In this document: in pieces, positions 57,181 to 64,000 of the stretch
Layout of the letters: the number at the start of each line of letters is the position of its first letter
How positions within the stretch are numbered: the first letter of the stretch is position 1
Translations under genes and position numbers: made by a program
Notes under the pieces: generated by a model
Told to the model about the DNA's origin: nothing
Databases searched by the model: none
Seen by the model: only the letters and a program-made list of their open reading frames with translations
Assembly (NCBI RefSeq): GCF_009914755.1
Contig: NC_060927.1
Length of the DNA: 64,000 nt
Reading direction: 5' to 3' (one strand)
DNA from: the human T2T-CHM13v2.0 reference genome, Homo sapiens

Positions 57181-58198
57181 CTGCATGATAATCACATTTC
57201 CCCCTTCTCTTTCTCATCCCTGAAAGACTCCAAACTTTTCCCTTCACTAGCTCTCCTCCCCCACCCCTCCCATCCCCTGGCCCCACTTTCCCCAGTCCAA
57301 CTCTCTTCCCTGCCAGCAATTAGGCAAAAGCCCAAGTTGCTGAGTCTTCAAAATCTATCTCTGATCGAAAGGTGGGTGGAAGTGGGGGACTCTAATGGAT
57401 CCTGGAAAACTGTCTCAGCATTTCTCATTCCCAAAAAGCCCTTCTCTGGTTCTTAGGGTAAGATGACTGTCTTGGTCAAACATTTCGGAGGGTCTCAGGG
57501 ACTCACTCCCATTGGGCATGGCACCAGAACTTTCTTGCATGGTGCAGGGGTGGGAGTGGGGATGGAGACCTGCCCTCCAGAGACCCATATCACCCAATGC
57601 TTTCAACCACTCACATCTCAAACACTGGATAAGCACAATAGACAGCCTCTCCCCCTTATCACAGCATTTTAAAGGTTACAAAACACTCTTTCATTTGTCC
57701 TTTTGGAATCTTCTCCCCTGTTTTACAGATGAGGAAACCGAGCCTCAGAGAAGTAAAGTGAAACACCCAAGTTGATAGTGTCAACAAATTAAAAGTCCAA
57801 GCCAGATCTCTTGATTCACCATTTCATGCTTTTTTTCAACATAACAGAAATTGATCATACCTACAGTAACCCCTCACTCAGATAAATATTTCCCCCAAGA
57901 CAGCCAACAGAGACCCTTAGAGACACTAACTTAATGCTAACCGAGCAATAAATGCAGCGTACCCATACCCAAGCATACAGACCCACCCACCCAGTCCCAA
58001 GGCTCTGTCCCCTGCCCTAAGGTGTCTCTCTGCAGCGTACCCCCTCCCCAATACCCACTGAGGGTCCGTCAGCCAAAGAGGTGAGTGTCTTAACACAGAG
58101 AAGCAGAATCTATCCGACTCCTTCAGGAAGGGGACCTGGCAGGAAGGAGCCCCGTCCCTGGCGCTTGTTCTGGGAGTTCCGTCCACCCCCTCCCCTAC

Positions 58199-58604
58199 CT
58201 GCCAAGAGCTGCATCCAGGCGCAGATCTTGTAGACCGTAGCCGTGTTGCAGAAGAAGAAAAGCGAAAAGCAGGTGATGCAGCCGAGGATCAGCACCATGG
58301 AGAGCAGCACGAAGAAGGCGGCCGCCTTGAAGGCGCTGGACGGGATGGTGCTGAAGTCGGTGAAGGAGCCCCGGCAGGTGAGCTCGCGGCCCGCCAGCCC
58401 GCTGCCCACGCAGTAGTGGAAGAGGCCGAAGTAGCCAGGCTTGGGGGTGCTCACGCTGTCGCCCACCCAGTAGGGCTGGATGAAGACCACCACGTTGATG
58501 ATGGCGAAGCAGATGGTGAAGATGGCCCACAGCACGCCGATGGCCCGCGAGTTCCGCATGTAGTGCTCGTGGTAGAGCTTGGAGGCCTCCTGCGAGGGCA
58601 GCAT
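58199..58604 (-). CDS. LHFPL4: LHFPL4 first coding exon (aa 1-135, [26 protein letters not shown]...[10 protein letters not shown]; TM1, extracellular loop, TM2, start of TM3)
   Basis: The translation in ORF 58110..58721, from the internal Met, matches the LHFPL family N-terminus. ATG at 58604 is in ggcaccATG Kozak context. Donor is GCAG|gtaggg (plus-strand 'ac' at 58197-58198). 406 nt, phase 1. Confidence 0.97.
58288..58308 (+). promoter_or_regulatory. RE1/NRSE (REST) motif inside the coding exon
   Basis: ATCAGCACCATGGAGAGCAGC versus consensus TTCAGCACCACGGACAGCGCC. Both half-site cores and the canonical 2-nt spacer are retained. Confidence 0.7.
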
Positions 58605-58772
58605 GGTGCCCGGAGGCGGGGCCGGCGGCGGCGGCGGCTGGCGGGGGCCGCCGGCCCGGGACGGAGCGCCGGGCTGCCGGGCGGGAGCTGGGGACGCACG
58701 CGAGAAGCGGCCCTGAGTCAAGGAACCCGCGAGGGCGGGGCCTGGGGCAGAGCTGGGGGCGTCTGGGAGCTG
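58605..58772 (-). other. LHFPL4: 5'UTR part of LHFPL4 exon 2, with a NAGNAG acceptor (58772 or 58769)
   Basis: Minus strand reads ccccttcctctctcccttag|cag|ctccc, preceded by a catgac branch-like motif. Confidence 0.7.
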
Positions 58773-59429
58773 CTAAGGGAGAGAGGAAGGGGTCATGAGA
58801 GTGTTGAGGCCGTGTCTAGGGGGACTGGCAAAGGTCTCCTACTGGGGGGCCTAGGAGGGGGCCATGAGAAAGTTGGGGGGCGCCTAGGATGGGGATATGA
58901 GACCTGGAAGTGCGGGGGGAGGTGCTTGAAAGTGGCCATGGGGGAGTTGGGGAGGGGGTTTGAGAGCTGGTATTACGGGAGTAGGAGGGGACAAGGGGAG
59001 GTGGAATGGAGGCTGGAGACTGGTGTTGGAGGACTAGCAGAGGGGCTGAATTTAGGGAGCTCAGAAGGGAATTTGGGGACTGGTATTAAGGGGTAGAAGG
59101 AGGTCTGGTATTGGGTGTCTAGCAAGGGACTATGAGGCGGTGGTGGGCGCTTCTAGGATGGGGGAAGAGGGAATTTAAGAGGCTGGGACTGGGTGGTTGG
59201 GAAGGTAATATGGGGGCTGGGACGGGGAATGGGGGCTGGTATGAGGGTCTAAGAGGGCAAAGTGGCAGAATTAGGATACAGCTAGAGCGGGATCGGGGGC
59301 TGGGACTGCTGGACACGGGGCGAGGAAGGGGGGGCTGTCCTCAGAAGCCAGGGCTGGAGGTAGGCTGGAGGGAGCCTAGGATTGGCGGGCCAGGGTTGGA
59401 GAGAGGGGGTTTCCAGGCCAAAGGAACGA

Positions 59430-59900
59430 AAGACCGGGGCCGGTGAGCAGCGGGGCCCGCGAGGAGCAGGCGGTGGGCAGGGGCTGTCCCCGGGGGGCTG
59501 GGGAGCGGCCGGGCCCGAGTAGGGCCGGGGTTGGGGGGGCGGCTGCCCCGCGCCCAGGCCGGACGCGCGCGAGGCTGCGGCCGCGGGGAAAGGGTGCGGG
59601 GAGACCAACCTGGGTACGGCCGGAGGCAGCGGATCCGGGACTGGCACGGCCTAGGCGCCGCGGCTCGGCGCTCCCAGCAGCGGCTGCCTCGGCCCAGGCG
59701 GCGGCCTCTGCGCGGCCTCCATCTTGCTCGGGTTCTCCCCGGGGCGCGCTCCCGCGCCGAGGCGCGCGCTCTCGTGCACCGGCGCGGCCCGGCGGAGGCG
59801 CGCTCCCGAGCGGGCGTGCGGGACGGGGCGGGGCGGAACCGGGGAAGGGTGCTCCTGGTTCTGGCAGTTGGGGGGAAGGGTGGCCACGATACCTGGGGTC
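59430..59900 (-). promoter_or_regulatory. LHFPL4: CpG-island promoter of LHFPL4, with Sp/KLF GC boxes (GGGGCGGGGCGG 59825-59836) and a YY1-like AAGATGGAGGC near 59714-59725
   Basis: Very high GC and CpG density, no obvious TATA box, motifs visible in sequence. Confidence 0.8.
59610..59760 (-). other. LHFPL4: Probable non-coding exon 1 of LHFPL4 (5' end/TSS approximate)
   Basis: Donor CCCAG|gttggt at 59610/59609, inside a CpG island and downstream of GC boxes. Confidence 0.6.
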
Positions 59901-62007
59901 CCCCAGCCGGGGCAGCAAGCACACCTCCACAGTAGGGCCCCCGATGTAGGGGACTCCCTTCTTCCAGCCTGAGCTAAGGGGCTGTGAGGCCCCACAAAGC
60001 CTATGGGAGTGGGGAAGGAGCTGGAGGGGGTATTATTTGACAGGATTTGAACGGATCTCTTACTCCCAATTACCTCCCCTGGAACCTATCACAGTGCCTG
60101 AAGTTGCACCATTACGCTTTCAGTCCTTTGGGTCTTGGAGGCGTTGAAGGTTCCCAGAGTCTCCTAGGAAACTGCCAACACCCCTGGGAGAGGGAACCCC
60201 TTAAACTGGTAGCAGCCCACGCCTGCGATGGGGATTCGTTGGCTGCCAGGGCAAGGAGCGAGGCCTGGGGAACCAGACCCAGAGTGAGTACTAGGGGACA
60301 GGAGAGAAAGGGGCTGGGACATTTTTGGTTTCCCTCCCTACACTCTCCCCTGCCCCCAGCTCAGCGCCTGGCATGAAGTAGGCACACCATAAAGATGTGT
60401 TAAGGAAAAAGCATCAAAGGCCAGGCACAGGGTTAGGTCACAGAACACCCCAGGCGCACCCCAAGGGGGAGCCGGCGTGGTTCATTTCTTTCCCTGCTGG
60501 AAAATAGCCTTTGGCTTAGGATCTGTCAAGATGATGTGGGTTTGAACCCAGACAAACTGAGTCTAAAACTGTCTCTGTGACCTTGCACTACCACTCTGTC
60601 TAAACCTCTGTTTCCTCATCTGTAAAGTGGGCAGCTTAAGTCACACTTCACAGGCATGTAAGTGGGGTGGGGTGGCAAAAAGCAATCCATGTTAGCAGGT
60701 CTCAAATACTGGACCCCATACACGGGTCAATCTCAAAATGTGTATCTGGAGCTGGGCACAGTGTCTTGTGCCTGTCATCCCAGCTACTAGGGAGGGTAAG
60801 GTGGGGGGACCATTTGAGGCCAGGAGTTCAAGGCTGCTGTGGGCTATGATCGTGCCACTGCACTCCAGCCTGCGCTACAGAGACAGACCTCGTCTCTAAA
60901 AGAAATTTCAACAAGAAATGCAATTTTATCTGCAAAAAAAAAAAAAAAAAAAATCATGTAAGATTGCCAACTGTCTTTTTTCCAGTGGGGAAGTCGGACT
61001 GCTCTTTTTGTTTTGAGATTATGTATTTCCTACTTGCTTCTTGCAAAAAAAAAATTCACTTCTTTTAAGAAATAGTGGTGATAGTTAACGGGAGGTTTTT
61101 TAAATGTCTTTATTTGCCAAAATAAAAAGTAGATAGCCTATTTCAATCCCAAATTTTATTAAAGTTATGGATCCATAAAATCCCACAATTTGGAGACCTG
61201 GGAACCACGTGAATTAGTCTCATTCAGTGCTTGAACATGAGGTGCTCAATAAATTTGATTTCCCCTTCCATTTGGCTTCTTGAGACGCATCTTGGCTGTT
61301 TCCTGAGAACCCTGTGATCCTGGAATCATGAGCTGCAGGGTCTGTGGAGAGTGTTTCTTTCTATACCTTCTCCCACTTTACAGATGGGGAACAGAGGTCA
61401 AAGAAGGGGGTTGACTTATCCAGAGAGGTAGATAGATCCTGCCAGTCAGACTGATCAACCTGGTTCATTAATTTATTCAATCATCCTATAAATGTGTGAG
61501 GCCCCTGTCATGTGCCAGGCACAGTTACCAGGCTAAGCACTGGGGAGAAGGTGGTCAGTAAAACAGACGTGGTCCCTGCCGGTGAGCTCTCATGGAGCTC
61601 ACAGCTTCACAGGGAGATGGAAGATGCTGAGGGCAGGGAGCAGGGAGGTGGCCATCATCAAAGAGCATCTCAGAGTCCCCTCTGGGGCTGCTCCTGGTTT
61701 GGGTCCTGCCCTGAACATACCAGGTTATTCATTACTCTTTACTCCATACTCTGCTTGAATTATTGCCTTATTGTCTAGCCTGCTGAGCCAAGCTAAGCAG
61801 TCCTGGGAAAAAATCATAAAAGTCCACTTATTACTCTTCCTCAAGGCAAGAAGTGAGACTTCTTGCTAAGATGGACCCCCAGTTCCTCTGTGGTTGCTCT
61901 GCAGAGCAAAGACACCCTGTAGAGATCCACCTACCACCCACTCACTTCTGACAACAGTGCTTTTTATTTGAAGAATCTTCTTTCTCCTCACTTGATCCCT
62001 TAGTGGG

Positions 62008-62009
<2 letters not shown>

Positions 62010-62038
<29 letters not shown>

Positions 62039-62039
62039 G

Positions 62040-62079
<40 letters not shown>
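62010..62079. repeat. (CT)n(CA)n compound microsatellite
   Basis: Read directly. Confidence 0.9.
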
Positions 62080-62081
<2 letters not shown>

Positions 62082-62365
62082 CATACTTCACTCCAGAGGG
62101 GGCAAATGATCAGGCCTGGACAATGAGAATACTCCATTGTCCTGGACACAGTGACTGGTTCATGAGTGGGCCCATAACCCAAGTCAAAGAGTTGAGAATG
62201 ATATCCAGCTCATGCATTGCCGTTTACAGAAAAGGGGTGTTCTCTTTCTACTGAGTGTGTTGAACTGAGGGAATTGTGAGCTGAAGCTAGTGGAGACAGA
62301 GCTTCAGCAGAGAGCTTGTCTAAGAATAAGGTCGACACAAAGGGAAGCTATGAAATGGAGAGGGA

Positions 62366-62720
62366 GGCCAGGCACGGTGGCTCACACCTGTAATCCCAGC
62401 AGTTCGGGAGGCCGAGGCAGGCGGATCACTTGAGATCAGGAGTTTGAGTCCAGCCTGGCCAACATGGCAAAACCCCATCTCTACTAAAAATACAAAAATT
62501 AGCTGGGCATGGTAGTGGGCACCTGTAATCCCAGCTACTTGGGAGGCTGAGGCAGGAGAATCACTTCAACCCAGGAGGCAGAGGTTGCAGTGAGCTGAGA
62601 TCCCACCACTGCACTGCAGCCTGGGCAACAGAATGAGACTCCTCTCAAAAAGAAAAAGAAAGAAAAGAAAAGAAAGAAAGAGGGAGAGAGAGAGAGAAAG
62701 AAAGAAAGAGAGAGAGAGAG

Positions 62721-62775
<55 letters not shown>

Positions 62776-63371
62776 AGAAATGGCGAGAGCATTCTGGTGA
62801 CATAGTTAGAGCATCTGCATCCATCTGTGCCTGAAAATCTACTTCTGAATTGTTTTCTTAAGGTTACCCAATAAATTCAATTTTTGCTTAAGTCAGTTTG
62901 AGTTAGTTTTTAATCACTTCCAATCAAAATAACTAACCTTAATAACTTACCTACATTCCTCTGAAAGAGAGAGAGCAGGGGCATTATTTGTCTAGTATAT
63001 CACTTTTGTAGAAAAGTGCCTGGGCCAAGCATGGTGGCTCACACCTGTAATCCTAGCACTTTGGGAGGCTAAGGCGGGTGGATCACCTGAGGTCAGGAGT
63101 TCAAGACCAGCCTGGCCAACATGGCGAAACCTGTCTCTACTAAAAATACAAAAATCAGCCAGGTGTGGTGGCTTGTGCCTGTAATCCCAGATACTCGGGA
63201 GTCTGAGGCAAGAGAAGTGCTTGAACATGGGGGCGGAGGTTGCAGTGAGCCGAGATTGCACCATTGCACTCCAGCCTGGGTGACAACAGTGAAACTCTGA
63301 AAAAAAAAAAAAGAGAGAAAGAAAGAAAGAGAGAGCAAGAGAGGAAGGAAGGAAGGACGGAGAAAGAAGGA

Positions 63372-63435
<64 letters not shown>

Positions 63436-63450
63436 GAGGAAGAGAGAAAG

Positions 63451-63508
<58 letters not shown>

Positions 63509-63525
63509 GAAGAAAAGAAAGAAAG
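62366..63525 (+). repeat. Two Alus whose tails expanded into long (GAAA)n/(GA)n tracts (about 62647-62780 and 63300-63525)
   Basis: Read directly. Confidence 0.9.
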
Positions 63526-64000
63526 ATGCCTTGATGGGTGAGCTACTCCTGATAGACTGAAAGTAAAAGACCAGAATTTGAAGCCCATCTCTGCCACATG
63601 TTAACTGTGTAACCTGGGAAGACGATGGTACTCTTCAGAGCCGTGTTTTCTTCATTTGTCAAATGGAGAAGAACGTAATTCCTTCCCACAGATGTTGTAA
63701 GGATTAAAAGAGATAATGGATAGGAAAAGAGCTTTGTAAACTGAAAGAGGCTATAAATGTAAGTGATTATCATTAAAGTTTAATAATAAATGACTTGTCC
63801 AAAGAGTTGAAAGAGCAGTAGTATTGGAAATGCCCTTGCTGAGCCATGAGGAGCTGGGACAGGACGTGTTCTCATTTTAAAGACTAAACTTGGAGCAGTT
63901 ACGGAAAGAAAATCTGAGAGTTCTCTACAGGAAGAACATCTTATCGACCCCAGGGAGGGGCCAGACCAGAATGGAAGACTTGTGCGATTCAAATGGGGAC

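Larger units (their letters stand above)
58150..58745. promoter_or_regulatory. CpG island over exon 2, including AP-1 motif TGAGTCA (58714-58720) and (CGG)5 (58623-58637)
   Basis: Dense CpGs; motifs read directly. Confidence 0.75.

Noticed and set aside
58416-59949. Several 100-226 aa ORFs over the CpG island
   Set aside because: These are shadow ORFs of GC-rich or coding sequence with few stop codons.
62992-63597. 201-aa F/L/S-rich, TM-looking ORF and its K/E/R-rich antisense
   Set aside because: Translation of the (GAAA)n repeat plus Alu.

Overview
Human (primate) genomic DNA, very Alu-rich, containing essentially the whole LHFPL4 (GARLH4) gene on the minus strand. LHFPL4 is a tetraspan LHFPL/TMHS-family auxiliary subunit of GABA-A receptor/neuroligin-2 complexes. 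Three coding exons can be reconstructed from sequence: 58604-58199, 12124-11888 and 8229-8129 (406+237+101 = 744 nt, 247 aa). A probable non-coding exon 1 lies in a CpG island near 59.6-59.8 kb, and an Alu-free 3'UTR of about 3.85 kb ends near an AATAAA at 4299-4304. The 46-kb intron 2 is mostly transposon debris: a near-full-length Alu-riddled ancient L1, a full-length Tigger1, a mariner-derived MARNA-like element, MaLR LTRs, L2/MIR and dozens of Alus. Almost all other ORFs in the track are Alu, low-complexity or GC-rich artefacts, and I found no second protein-coding gene, RNA gene or CRISPR-like array. The most interesting signals are regulatory layers overlapping the gene: (1) a near-consensus REST/RE1 silencer, plus a facing half-site, written into coding codons; (2) a GC (non-GT) donor whose read-through ends in a stop codon embedded in AATAAA, a candidate alternative C-terminus; (3) a distal 3'UTR module with tandem miR-128/miR-27 seeds and a miR-9 8mer that a proximal polyA signal could remove; (4) a CpG/CTCF patch with a perfect antisense splice donor inside the 3'UTR; (5) a strong-Kozak uORF; (6) an intronic CpG/RFX element. 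Repeat boundaries and subfamily names are by eye and approximate.
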